Origin: Cetorhinus maximus
Lineage: Eukaryota
Length of the DNA: 64,000 bases
Direction of reading: 5' to 3'
NCBI RefSeq assembly: GCF_964194155.1
Contig: NC_135881.1
Span: 133,300,001 to 133,364,000 of the forward strand
The notes beneath the pieces were generated by a model, which was not told where the DNA came from, searched no databases, and was given only the letters and a program-made list of their open reading frames with translations. Position 1 is the first letter of the stretch. Each line of letters opens with the position of its first letter. This document shows, piece by piece, positions 1 through 13,045 of the stretch. The position numbers were made by a program, and so were the translations under genes.

Positions 1-741
1 TTTTTACAGCCCCGTTTCTCGCCATGTTAAAAACGCATGTTTATCTATTGCTTTAGTCTGAGAAAATTAAGCAAAGTTTTTCGTTTACGTAAACAAATCC
101 AATGAGTCAGATTGGAGTGTTTTAATTGGGGCCAACTGGCTTGAATGTTTTAAGCCTTTTTAAGACCTAATTGTTTCACGTTATTTGGAATAACTTTATA
201 AAACGATTCTTTCGGAAGTTCGTTAAAGTTAAGACTAAAATTGCCCACAGAACGTCAACTAATTTGTTGCGATGCCCCCATTTAGTTGACCACTGGATCT
301 CAGACACATTAAAAACTAACTAACGACTAAAATATATTTGTAAGTTCAAATTTGATTTTTTTTTTATATAAGATGAATAATAACTGCACTGGGCAAATGG
401 TGTCAAACATCTTAAAGTAAAAGATGAGAGGATCAGCGTTTCGTACTTTGAAAACTTTTCTATATATTTCACGTTTTTTTCCCCGAAAAGAGCGCTGGAA
501 CATGAAACATCACTGGATTCCTTAGAGTATTATTTATTGGCTGTGCTGTGTTTACTTTGGACCCTGTGTGCAAATATGTCCTTCTATGCGGTCCGCTTAA
601 ATAACTGCAGAAAGCATTCGTGGTTTGTAACTTATCTGACAAGTTTAGAATGTGGCTACAATTGACTCCGGAGCGTGGGCCCGTGCTATAAACTATAGTA
701 GGCATTAATTTTTACAGCATAGCTCACGCCCAAAAATAAAA

Positions 742-755
742 AGTTCACAAGGTCA
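742..755 (+). promoter_or_regulatory. Perfect DR2 nuclear-receptor element (RARE-type) in the HoxA10 intron
   Basis: AGTTCA-ca-AGGTCA preceded by an A-rich run, about 100 bp into the intron. Confidence 0.6.
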
Positions 756-856
756 GAATAAAACCCCCTTTGTTACGCTTGTTGGCTGTACCTGCCACGT
801 CTACCCGTTTCTGAGTGCTGGCTGTATAAACTCCCCTCTGCCTCTTATTTACCTAC

Positions 857-1616
857 CTTTTGTTTCTTTCTCAGGAGAGTTTTTACTGCTTTCTGAAGGG
901 ACTGGAGATGACTCTTCGTTCGCTGAAGAAGCCGGAGCTTCTGCCTCTTCTCTTTCCGAACTGCAGGTTAAATGGCCGGGGGATGTCCCTTCACTTCCTT
1001 TTCTCCCCAACTCAGTCGGGGTCGAAGCTGAAGAAGGGGGTGTTCCAAAACGGATCTGGGACTGGGGTACGAATGGAGAGGCCCCAACCTGCCCCGTGTT
1101 GTTATAAAGTGTCTGTTTGGATGTCGGATAGGCTTGGGACAGACGGAAATAGCCAGGGACAGGAACCCCGCCGCTAGTAGTCGTGTCACTATTGGAGCAC
1201 GAATCTGATGTTAGCCTTGGGAACGTGGAAAGATCTGTTGCTGCTGCGCTTTTGGGACATTTCTCCGAATCATATAAACAATATGCATTCTCTTCTTTGA
1301 TATTCTGGGGGAAGGAACATGCTGCTACTTGCTGGGTTGCAGGTTGTTCCATGCGACAGGACCTTGGGGGATCTGACCAGACCTCCATCCCGCTCATGTA
1401 AGGATGAGAAGTCAGGACCATATTCTGAGAGTTGCTCTCGCTGCGTTTGCTCAGAGAAGGGAAAAGTCCACAGTTCTGGGTGCCGTAAGACAGCTCAGAG
1501 GCAGGCGGCAGGTACACGCTGCTGTTGGGGTAATAGGTTCCTTCCCCGCCACGGCCCACGCTGATCAGAGAATCTACTAAAAAGGAGTTTGCAGACGGGC
1601 TGTCTGAGCATGACAT
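857..1616 (-). CDS. HOXA10: Homeobox protein Hox-A10, coding exon 1 (homeobox exon lies outside the window, below position 1)
   Basis: ORF 849..1616 begins MSCSDSPSANSFLVDSLI and contains IKEENAYCLYD and VPVPGYFRLSQAY, motifs of Hox10 exon 1. Donor AAAG|GTAGGT, exon ends at 857; 760 nt, phase 1. Lies next to HoxA11. Confidence 0.95.
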
Positions 1617-1667
1617 TGTTGTGGGGTAATTTGGCGAAAGCAGAAGATATCCAGTTCAGGCTGACAT

Positions 1668-1900
1668 TTCTTGTGCAAACACGCTGAATATGATTAGAGA
1701 TACCTCCGCAGCACGACAGGCGGAATGAGCCAATCGAATGGCACAGTTGGACATAAGCCCCTCCTCCACGGAGGGCTGCGTCACGAGAACTGCAATAAGG
1801 TCACCATATGTATTCGGTAAACTGCAAAAGCCTCTAAATGCATCTTTATTTACTCGGTTCTACTTTATTGGAATCACGTCCTTCAAATAAAATAAAAGCG
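1668..1900 (-). promoter_or_regulatory. HoxA10 proximal promoter / 5' region
   Basis: CpG-containing segment immediately upstream of the start, with a CCAAT box near 1730 and a CGTCAC motif near 1779. Assigned mainly by position. Confidence 0.45.
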
Positions 1901-4900
1901 GGGCTCCAATGTGTAACGGGGTATCACCAGAAGGTTCAGCAATGCATAACGCGGCGTTACTGAGTCATAGGGGCAATCCGTTTATTATTTTAAATTGTTC
2001 ACATATGAAGTTGACAAAGGAGAAAGTTTTAGCCCTGTTATTATGCAGTTTTAATCACACGCTAAGATTCCCTGGCGGCTACAGGCGAGAAAACATGAGT
2101 AATCTTGACTTTCACGGGTCTGACTGGGATTAACTCGCCGGTTGCTGCTACATTTTCACAGTCCTCACTATAATTCTGATCCACACTGGGGCTCTGCTGA
2201 TTGTTACTTCCAGTACTATCCTGTGACGCGTGGTCTGAACATACAGCCGCTAGATTGCATTTCTAGTTTGATGTTTGTAGTCTAAAGTTTAGTAGGTTAA
2301 TGCAACGTGCTGTAGCTCTGTAGGTTAAGTGTAGAAGGTCAGTGACAACAAACTAATAAAGTAACATAACCCATTTATTTCCTTTCCTCTTCTATTTCAC
2401 CAGTATTACATATTAGAAGTTAATTGAGCCTTGACCATTTCTGATATTTTATACTTACCATCTCAATAAATCGAAACATTTTCAAAATGTTTTAACCATG
2501 TGTTCTTCGGCTGTCTGGGCTACAGTAGAGAGCATTTACCACATCTATAAAATCGATCTCATCATTTCGTCTTAAAAAGAGAAAACAAGGCTGTTAAACA
2601 GAAATTTACAAGACTCTCAGCTACAAACCGGTCAAGTTTAAGACAAGGCGCTCAACAGAAGCTTCATCCAGAGTTCCTCTCGCCACCCTATCCGAAAGGT
2701 AACTGTTGAAAACAAAGTCAGACAGGAAAACTGCAACTACCCTGCCTCTGTTTCAGGAGGGAAGCGGGAGCTTCGGTTTGTGAACTTTTCTTTGGAATTG
2801 GGGTGGCGTTCAAGGACAAATATAGACCAAGTGACGATATTATCCTTATTATTAGTGCCAGCAGAAGTTAAGTGATATAGGAATTAAGGAGTAAGCCATC
2901 ATCCCATTATCCCCGCTCCCCAACCCCCACAAATAAAAACATCTTGGCCAAAGGAAACGTGCGTGTTTACTAATGCGTGCGGACAGTTTCTCTTCGAATT
3001 GATGATTTTGTGGCATATCTGTACAATGTGACATGTATCAATGCGGCTCCAAATAGGAGACCTGCTATCTCTACTTTGTTCGGCCACCTCTGTAATCAAG
3101 TGCAGCCAACAATGACGCTCTCAAATGTAGTCCTTAGCTTGGGATCGGGAGTAAACAGTGTGATTTCACAGTGACAAAGGACTTAATCTTCAGTCTCTGG
3201 CATTGCTGCGTTTTACTGAGAGTTCATTTTAAACCGCCCGCGAACTTGTCCCCACCACCAGCAAACCCCATCTCTGCACTATTATTCCAATTGTTGTTAT
3301 TTTAACTTCTGGCGCTGGAATAAAGCTCAGAAAATGTTGCTAATCCAAAGCAGGTTATTCAAAATATCGTTTGTGGTAAAAGCCAGCGGGATGTGAGGGT
3401 CGGTCTTGCACGCATCGTGTTTGCTAAGGGGCCGTCTCAGAGGATCCCTTATTCTTGCTTGTTTTTTTTAAACACAAACAACTGCTTAGAATTATCACGG
3501 TCGTCCAGAATACCTATAAAAACTTAAATGTGCTTTATTAAAAAAAAAGAAAATTTTCCTTTTGCGGTCCCACTGTGCCCATGACACGTATGATCACGGG
3601 AGCATACAAAGATTTAATGGGAGGGAAATAACAATTGTCATCTATAACAGAGTCTCATATATAAAGGCTCAAGCTCCTGTACACCAAATGCTAACTAGCA
3701 GCGCGTTTATGTGTTGAAGGGAGGGTATTTATCTGGTTCTCGTGGTAAATATATCATTGCTTAATACATTGATTCCATATTTGGATAATTTTATTCGTGC
3801 ATTTTTGGATGGGTAATGGGCTTAAACGTTTATAATCCAGTATCCCAGTAAAACTGTAACGGGGATAGGAGATTGGCTGCTGCAGTTTCTAAGGCCACTG
3901 CAGTCATTTCTGGACTTTATTGGTAGTAACGGGACGAGGGCCGTGTGACTCCCTGTATACATTAAAAACACACGCACCGGGAAGTCATTGAAACATGAAG
4001 GACTTGCGGGGGGAAAAAGTTTCTTCCCTAGTTTCTAAGGTGTCGTAACTCCTCATTACGGCATCGTTAACAGTAAAGAAATATGATTAACTCTGCCGAG
4101 AAGGAGCTAGGGCAGATGAAATGGCTTCCCCGTGTAACATGACAAAAAAATATAAGAAATAGTTTTAGGAGCCGCCTAAATCCGCCTGTTGTGCACCATT
4201 TCTTGTGGCGTTTAACACATCCCCCTTGACATAAGAAAGAATAACGAAGACAATTTTCTCTTCGCCAAGCTGTATCGATCGTGGCTATTGCAAGATTTCT
4301 CCATTTCTCCTTCAACGCTCCAGCAATAAACAAACGTCTTGAAACATTGCATCGAATGAGGTAAACGATATGTTGTCCAGCCAGTGGTGAAAGAGCGAAC
4401 GTAGAAAGCAGTGGAGTCAGTGGTGGTTCCCTGGTAAATAAGTGATTTCAAAGCCTGAACAGAGCAGGCTGACCGCACTCATAGCTCGGACTCGTTCTTA
4501 GCCTAGATCGTGAACTTAAGACTGAAAGACAGACAGAACGGGTCTTTCACTGGGTTTTCCTAAATAAAGATTCGAAGAGAAGTCTCATGTATCCACCTCT
4601 TGCCGCCCTGAGTGAGATTACTTGCAATTATTTACCTCTGATTTCATGGACAAAATGTATGTAACACTTTGTGAAGTCTTAAAGAAATCGCCTCACTCTT
4701 CAAGTGTACGCGCCATTGTATGTGCGCAGTAAATTCTTTTCAGTCTACCAACTAGAGCAAGTACTTGCCATCCGTGAACTCTGTTTTAACGTAAATCCCC
4801 TTTTTCTTACAAAAATATAATTCTCTATGATTCGCTAAGGTTGCTGGAGAGGTCAAAGAAAGATAATTGTTTTGTGCCTCAAAAATAAATCTGAAAACAA

Positions 4901-7900
4901 TGGCGTCCTTTAACTTGCTGCGTATTAAAACTGTTTTACAGTCAGACATCTGAGATAACTATAGTTTGCCCATCAGAATATTTTTTGCAAATAGATGTTT
5001 TAAAGTAAACTTTATGGAAATGTGTAGGTTATTGTGGATAAAAAAACACTGAAGACTGACAACCCCACGGTATCAGTGTCTCGCTTTTTTACATTTGATG
5101 TTTTAAACATAAAGTACATTAAAACAGAAAAACACTATCCTGGAATGATTTTTTAGAAGTTTCCCAACGGGAACTTTATACAGAGTTTTCTCTTAAACCA
5201 CAAACTAAAGGACTCAGGCCGTAGTCAAAAAAGTTGAAACAAAGAAGTCAAAAACGTGTCCTTGTTGAAATCACTTAAAGCTTGCGTTTCATTAAATCTA
5301 GAATTCTAAATAATTTGTTGAATTGCCGCCGAATGCAGGAAAAGCGATGTGTTTTGGGGTAACTTATTGCTCAGAATAAACAAAAGCAAATATTGCTAAA
5401 ACAGAGAGAAGCAAATCGCTGTTTAAACAATCTTTTTGCCAAATACATTCCAACATAAAGAAACGGGAAATAGAGTCTGAAAACAGAGGGGGGGGGGGGA
5501 CTTCTATCGTTGCACAGCAAATTTGATTAAAATATAGAATAACAACAGAAATGGGAGCATGACTGTTTAACGCGTCGGTATAATAACAACATTAATCCCA
5601 GTAAATAATAAAGCCTATTTGCTCAAATAGATCAGGAAAGATGCCTCGAATAAAATATAAATATAATTCATTTGTTTTATCTTAACCTATTTCAGTTCAG
5701 CAATTTTACTTTGTCGTAATTATCTGCTCGGGATCCCCTTAAGAAATGAAAACAAAGGAATAGCGATGGAAATTTGTGATTTGAAATGAATCGTCCGAGT
5801 TTGAATATGAGCAATGTATAACATTTCACAAGGTGAACGTTCTAAATGTGAAATGGAAGGCTCATGTTCCTGGTGAAAATTATCATCACTTACGCATCAT
5901 TTTATATATCAGCAACAGTTTCTGTCAATCAAGGTTGTTCAATTAAAAACTCTTCTAAGAACTCAAAGACAACGTTCCGATGGAAAGAGGGTGGGAGACG
6001 GTGTTGTCAGGATTTAAAATCTATTATCTAGATTGAATAGAGTGGATTGTTTCCTGTGCAGCATTATGAATGACACGTTGATGCTGGCTCCATTTTTTAA
6101 AAAAAAGAACGAGAAGTCTTACAATGATTCAGATGTTAATTTCTCTTCAAAGATTACAGGTGAAAAACGTTCAAATTTGCAGAAACCACGCATACAAAAC
6201 ACATGAACATAAACATAGAAAAGCGCCGACACGCTCAGATATCCACTCCCATGTCGCTTTATAATTAAAGAGATTTTGATTGGATTTTGTTAAAATGCGG
6301 AGCGGCTTTCACTTACTTGAAAACGTAGCTTGATGTTAATTTGTATAATTTACAATCAGATTCAGGAATTCTGATTTTATTTGGCATCATTCTATGTAGA
6401 TGAGTGCGCAGCTTTTTTTTATTCGCTGACAGAATTGCTCACTGGCTTTATTCCCCCCAAAAAGCGGCGATTCAGTCGCTTAGGCCACGGTGAAGGTGAC
6501 GCAGCGGGGGTCAGGTCACAAACCAAAAGAATGTCCGTGTTATGTACCACGTCGAAAATAAAGTCGCGGTGTAAAATATACAATTACAACAAATTTCCCA
6601 CATTAGTCTCCTGTGTAGAACTGCACTGATTGAAACGCTATCATTCAATAGTTTGATACCTCCGAACAAAGAAGGATTTGTGGTATCAACGCTCAATTTA
6701 AAGTCGTTCAATAACATAACGGAATGACAAATGTCTTAGAGCAAAATGCAGTGTAACTTCTTCAAATATGAAGTGTGCACACGCTATTTCTGTTTAATAT
6801 ATAGCCTCAATGATCCAGAATAAAGTAAACGTTAGCTTTTCACTATTGCATCTCCCTCTTGCAAACAAAGAACCTACTGTAACCAGTGCTATCATCTTTT
6901 GCAATTCATAGCTGTAGAAACAAGGCTGTCCTTCAGCAAAATATTTTTAACGTACATTATTATTTGGCTTGCGGAGTTCAGTAGTTGCACTGCGGAAGTT
7001 TGTATGCAAAGTAATGTGTGCGAGGAGTTAACTGGAAAATGCCTTTGAATGTGAATAATTTAAAAATGTAGCTAGCTGCACAAAATGAAGAACTGTTACA
7101 GTGCGTTTTCCCTGAAATAACGAAAGAAGTGAGCTAATCTTAAAAAAACCATGAACGTGCAACCAACTTTGGGATGTCTAGACGGTTCTATTTTCCGAAC
7201 AGTTAAGTTAAAGCTCACAGCGGCAGGTCGGGGCGAATGTTTGTTCTTTAGTTCCTCTTTCTGTTTCTTATTCATCCCTCACTGTTGCAAAGTGTTGGCA
7301 ATCACACGTGCAAAATCTTCACTGTTTCTATGTCTTATTTGGGGATTTATCCAGTTTTACATTGACGAAACCCTAAACTATTTAACGGACTGTTTAATAC
7401 TTGCATTGACTTTAAAAGTTGCTATTTTGGCAATTGCAAAACATGAAATGTTTTTTGTAAGGCCAAATCTCATGTTCCTAGCAAAAGTAAAGGGGGATTG
7501 CTGAAGGCGTTTCTTTTTAAATATATAGTTTTTTACAAATAGGCTACTACTGACATTGTGCGTCTATTGTGGGAGTAAACGCGAAGATAATAATTGCCCG
7601 AAGACACAGAGCCCTATTATTAGTTGTTTTTATTAACTTCTGATCATCAAAATCATTTAGTTCTGTAATACCAAATTGCACTTTTTACAGCGAGGAAAAC
7701 CAGAATGAATCACTGGCGTGCTGTTGTGCAAGTGCTGATCCTAGACCCAGAGGGCGCTGTGGCCTAAAGTTGCCTCAGCTTCTAACTCGGATGCATTAAA
7801 TATTGGAGTTGCACTGATTCTTGATGGGAATATGCTGCGTGACATGCATCGAACACTAGATAACGTTTTATTAAAATAACAAGCACGTAAGAATTGGAAG

Positions 7901-9781
7901 TTGTTTTTGTCCTATCGTCTAAAATAAAGGGATAAACTGAGAGGGAAAAATAGTATTGCAAATATACACTTGAAACATTACCCGGGCTTAGAAACTAAGC
8001 AACTTGCAATTTAACCAAAGCAAAAAATTGGATTAAAACCAGACGGCAATTCATGTATAGCTTTTTTTTAACCAAACCTTTTACTAGATAAGTACGCTCA
8101 CGTAAAATGACACATGTATATACGCAAGCACACAGTGAACAAAAATACATGATATGCACATTTTACTTCCAATGCATATACTACAAGAATTCAACGCATG
8201 TAGCTTGTGTAATTTTAGCTAGGCCATTTATTGGAGGGAAGCGTTGCCGAAAGAAATGTTGAACTGGACAAGTTTGATCTGTTTCCCTGCACCTACAATT
8301 TAAGACCAACACGCATAATGTTCACAACAAACTTGCTTCAAAATGCCACGCAAATTGTGTTCAGTTAATAATTTCGGAGCTAAAGTTAAGTCTTATTAAA
8401 TGTTCTGCATCCAATTGCTTTACTGGAAGCTATTTTATTTAATTCTTACTGCCTTTGTTAATTAGTTATTTATACTAAAAACCATAAAATATTCGAATGG
8501 AAAAATATGCAGAAAAATACTCTGTAAATATAGATTGCATTCACTTCTGATTTAACCGTTTAACACTGTATGGTGCATGAAATAGAAATAAGCTGTTGTC
8601 TTTTCAATTTTAAAAAACCCTAAAATTGCAACAAGTGCAATGTTTCTTTAAATTTAAAAAGTTAACTTTTAACTGAAGAGAAATATCATTGCCCGCCATG
8701 GCATATAAACGGCAAAACTCAAATTAGTGCATCAGGCAAGCTTCACGATTCAGTCGGAGATTTAACTTTCAATCAATATTTAAGAAACAGATAAAACCGC
8801 CAGAATGGACTATTTCTTTAAATAAACGGTTGAAGTGTTTTTTGTGTAAACGGAGGATGCACAAGAAAAGGTAATACGCAAACTACAGAAATGTGTTGGA
8901 TATTGAACCCAAAACCTAAGATCGATGGTTAATTTGAATTTTATCTGAGGTTTTAAACAACGCATATGATTATTTAGGGATTCGAATCCTAAAAATACAA
9001 ATGCCTCGGTCGTTGAGAAAAAAATTAATTTCACATTGCAAATTAAATTGTAAGAACAAATCTGCCGGTGTTTTATGATACCGTTTAGTTGATACTTTCT
9101 AAAAGAGAAATTTTGCAACATCATACAAAGACAGAAAATGTAGAATAAAAAAATGTAAAAGCTTAATTCCTGAATCAAACCTTAACCCCGTAACCCGCAA
9201 ATCTGACAATAAACATTTTATGCCGTTACTGTTATAAAATGGCTCACCGTAGGTGTTTTACTTAAACGATAAGCTTATAGTATTGTCTACCCTACTTGCT
9301 AAATTCCATTCCAGTCTGCTGTGAAATGAAACCGCGCAGTTCTCCTTTCCCCGAGCTTTTTCCGATGAAATAAAAGAAATTTCAAAAGGGACTTTCAGCC
9401 CTCCAATCCCTAATTGCTACATTAACTGAAACATAAAACCTGTGATATTTATTTCGTTCACACCAGTGTAGTAACACTTATCAAGCGGGTTGAAAAATCT
9501 TTAAACTATTATATGGATTTTGGTCGAATAAAACGTCCATGTTGTGTCTACATGGGAGTCTACTCACCTACCTTTGTTAGCAAAAAACGATTATTTTGGA
9601 GCTCTTTTGGGACATTCCGACCCTATTGGATTTAATGTGTCTTGCGAAGTTCTTCAGCGTTCAATTCGGATTAAAGAAGCGAACATATGTCTTTTGGAAC
9701 TCGTGCTTTGGAAAAACGATGGACCAAGTATTTCTGCTTAGAGGTTTTTGCTGCCCAAAGCGGCTTTGACATTGATCTAAA

Positions 9782-9800
9782 TGGCGCCACCATGTGGACC
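9782..9800 (-). promoter_or_regulatory. CTCF-like motif between HoxA10 and HoxA11
   Basis: Minus strand GGTCCACATGGTGGCGCCA closely fits the CTCF core CCASYAGRKGGCRS. Mammals have a CTCF site in this interval. Confidence 0.55.
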
Positions 9801-12521
9801 AAGCGTCCTTTGAATTAATTCATTGTCACAGTTCTCTGGTGTGGCAGCACAAAAACCGAGAACGAACGCAAAAAGATATCCAGAATGTCAGAACAGCTAA
9901 AACCGAATTATTTGATTACGTTCACTGCATTTGCAATTCTAGATTGCGGCGTTCTTAGAAATATGCAAAGAGCCACATTAAACAGGCTTTATGACTTGTC
10001 CTGCTGTTAGTAACCACAGCAACAGAGACGTTTCCTTGTCATTTGCTTTGAATGCCACAGCCCCTTAATCCGGTGCAACGCTGATCTCAACTCCCTCTTC
10101 TGTAGAGCTAAAAGCTACACTCAAAGCTTTAATCACAGCCAGTATTGTCCATTATTAAAACAACCTCGCGTGCAATATCAAGCTTCCATGATGCCAGATC
10201 ATAACTCGCTAGGAAGTCTTGATCAGTCTCTTACAATTTGTGTCGGGTCCCGGCTATCTCCGGCGGGAGTCTAACCACTGTGCAGAAGCTTCAGGCCTGA
10301 TTATCCCTTCACCCCCCAAGGTTAGAGGTGACGTCCATGGCGCAACAGAAGTTCAAAGCCAGGAAACAAGGAGGAAAAGAGAATGCAAACTGGCTTTAAA
10401 AATATTGTAATACAAATGAAAGGTGTTGCAACCATTGCTAAACCAGGACCCTTACAAACCCAGTCAAACGCAGTGGAATGTTTGCCAGTCGGGGAGCTTA
10501 AATCCGCGATATTATCCAAATTACAGAGTCAATTCTTTTTTTCAAAATAAACTAAATTTAAATTAACACGAGTTCTGGCAATTCAACCGATTTCTGTCAA
10601 GTTGTTTTCAATTATACCACGAAGCAGCGAACGGGAGTTACATTGCCCAAAATCTGATTTGAATGTCTAGGTTTCCAGGAAATAAACCAAAGAAAATCAT
10701 ACCCATGTATGTAGAATGATGTGGAATGTTATCCAGCTTTAATGATTGTTTGTTACGTACATGAAATGCACAATAATACAGCTCTTTGCAGGTGTTTTAG
10801 GTTCCGCCTTGAATACCCGGCAAAGTTGAAGAAGCCTACATTGATCGTCCTTAAGAAAAAGCAATTGTTTCCACCTTGTATCCCACTGTGCGCTCGCTGA
10901 ACGTATACATGCAAATCTTACACCCTTTTAGTCAAACCGATAAATATAAATTATCTACAAATGTTAAGCAAATGTCGGCATCACATTGAATTAAACAGCA
11001 TTTGATTAAGACTTTCCTTTCAAGGAATTTGCATTTCTTTTCAAAATCTAAATGTTTAATGTAAAAAAAAGCACCGCGATGTGCGGTGCATGTTCCAGCC
11101 TCCTTAATAAATTTCAGTGTTTTCCATATTGATCTAAAATTACCCCAAAAAAGGCAAAGGCAGACACTCGGCCACTGTCATCTATCGTTTTTATGTGAGA
11201 GTACAAGGAAATCACCTACTTTAATGTAATGACGGAGACCACAATGAAACATTTAAATTAAATTGGTATAATAAACAAAACTATTTTTAAAGGCTGGTAT
11301 ATATTATCAGGTAACGGGTAGGCGATATTTGTACAATGCGGCCTATAGGTATATCGGCCTATAAAAAGATTATACGGTGAAGTACAGGAAGTGTTACCAT
11401 TGTGCAATAAAACACGTATGTGTTCAAGGAAAATAAGTTTCTGTCTTTGGTTCACACGGATAAAGATGGCTTCAATATTGTAAGTACTGCAGACTTGTCA
11501 TCTCTTGAAGGAATCCGTGAAAATAATAAATGCATGAGCAGCAGTTTTTAAACCCTATTCCTATTTAAAACTGTCAATACACATTCATATTGTACCAAAA
11601 GAGCGATATATTTACAATACTTTGTGCTCAAGTGTGCCATCATGGGTAGCATCTCTTCTCTTTGAAAAGTTAAAAGTAAAAACTGCAGTTGCAAGTTACG
11701 ACGCACATTATGTCAAGTACAAGTAAACACTCACGGATTGCTTCTACAAGCACAAAATAGCCTGTTTTCAAAAATCGTATTATTCCAAGCTATGTTTTTA
11801 ACGGTAAAGTGTTTATATAGAGAGTACCACGGCAAAAAGGTACAACTTTACATTCTGAACAGAATTTAATTACACTTGCTTATTTTGGTGGCGATTATGA
11901 ATTTAACACAAAAACGCCTTTGAGTCCCATCAGCAGCCATCTTATGAGAATGAATTCCAGGTTGGATATTTACATGCATGCTCTCCGTTTGGGATAGTGA
12001 AGGATAGGGTGGGAACTATTCATCGGTAATTATGGGGGGAAAACCCGGATTTATTGTAGAGATGTAGGTTTTAATCTGCCTTTCATACAGAGAAGTTTCA
12101 GTGTCCTAAGGGCTGATGAGCAGGCATTGTTTAGAGAATTGTCGCGCTAATTTCTCCCACTGACGGAAGGTTCAGTTACAAAAGAACGAGGCTGGTTGCT
12201 ACTCATTGCAACTGAAGATTAAAAATATATATACCCAATAGTTGTGATTGATAGTGAGCGCCACTGAAAGCTTCCTAATCTAAAGCATGCGCACGTTTTA
12301 TTACTTTGTTTTTATATTGCAGCTGGTCCACAACAGTCAACTCGTTCTCCTAGGGCTCCCATACACAGGTCCGTTTTCATATAGAAGCTGCGTTCTTCTT
12401 CGAATTAAGACAAATCTGTTTCTCTGAACTAAATCCAAGCATTCACCTTGGCATCTCAACAATAATCTCTCGAGACGCCCTTTGTACAAAGCATGTAGAT
12501 CCCACAAGTGAGAATATAATA

Positions 12522-12592
12522 GTATGTGTATATGTGTGTATGTGTATATGTGCATGTGTGTATATGTGTGTATGTGTATGTGTGTGTGTGTG
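12522..12592. repeat. (TG/TA)n microsatellite in the HoxA11 3' UTR
   Basis: gtatgtgtatatgtgtgtatgtgtatatgtgc...tgtgtgtgtgtg. Confidence 0.85.
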
Positions 12593-12812
12593 AAACAAAC
12601 GATGAACATTAATTCCAGTTAGTTTTTAAAGTTGAAACTAGACGTCCCAATTAGTTTTGCAAAGTTGTCCGGCCTGTCAAAACTGTACCAAAGTGTCTGC
12701 TCCCAAACTCGAACTTGAGTTTTATTTTACCTCTGCATTCTGCCCTGGTCGCTTTCTTCGTTGAAGGCGAAGTTAGGAAGGAGAAATGCCTCTTTGGAAT
12801 CTAAGTCTAATC

Positions 12813-13045
12813 TCAAAGCAATGGATTCGTGGTGTAATATTGAAGGCGGTCCCTGTTTAACTTCTTTTCCTTCATCCTCCTGTTTTGAAACCAAATTTTA
12901 ACTTGCCGGTCGGTTAAGTTGAGCATCCGGGAAAGTTGCAGCCGCTTCTCTTTGTTGATATAAACACTGAAAAAAAATTCTCTCTCCAGCTCCCTGATCT
13001 GGTACTTGGTGTAGGGGCACCTCTTTTTGCGTGTACGCTGGCCAC
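12813..13045 (-). CDS. HOXA11: Homeobox protein Hox-A11, exon 2 (homeodomain)
   Basis: Acceptor tacAG|GT at 13045. Reads (S)[76 protein letters not shown], with TGA at 12815-12813. Confidence 0.97.

Noticed and set aside
1-856. miR-196 hairpin and HoxA10 homeobox exon
   Set aside because: Both lie downstream of HoxA10 exon 1, outside this window; no TAGGTAGTT mature sequence seen here.
9180-9420. Possible alternative upstream HoxA10 first exon (donor-like GTGAG and GTAGG on the minus strand)
   Set aside because: Position is plausible, but splice motifs alone cannot support an exon.
12337-12609. His/Thr-rich 90-aa ORF
   Set aside because: Translation of the (TG/TA)n microsatellite in the HoxA11 3' UTR.
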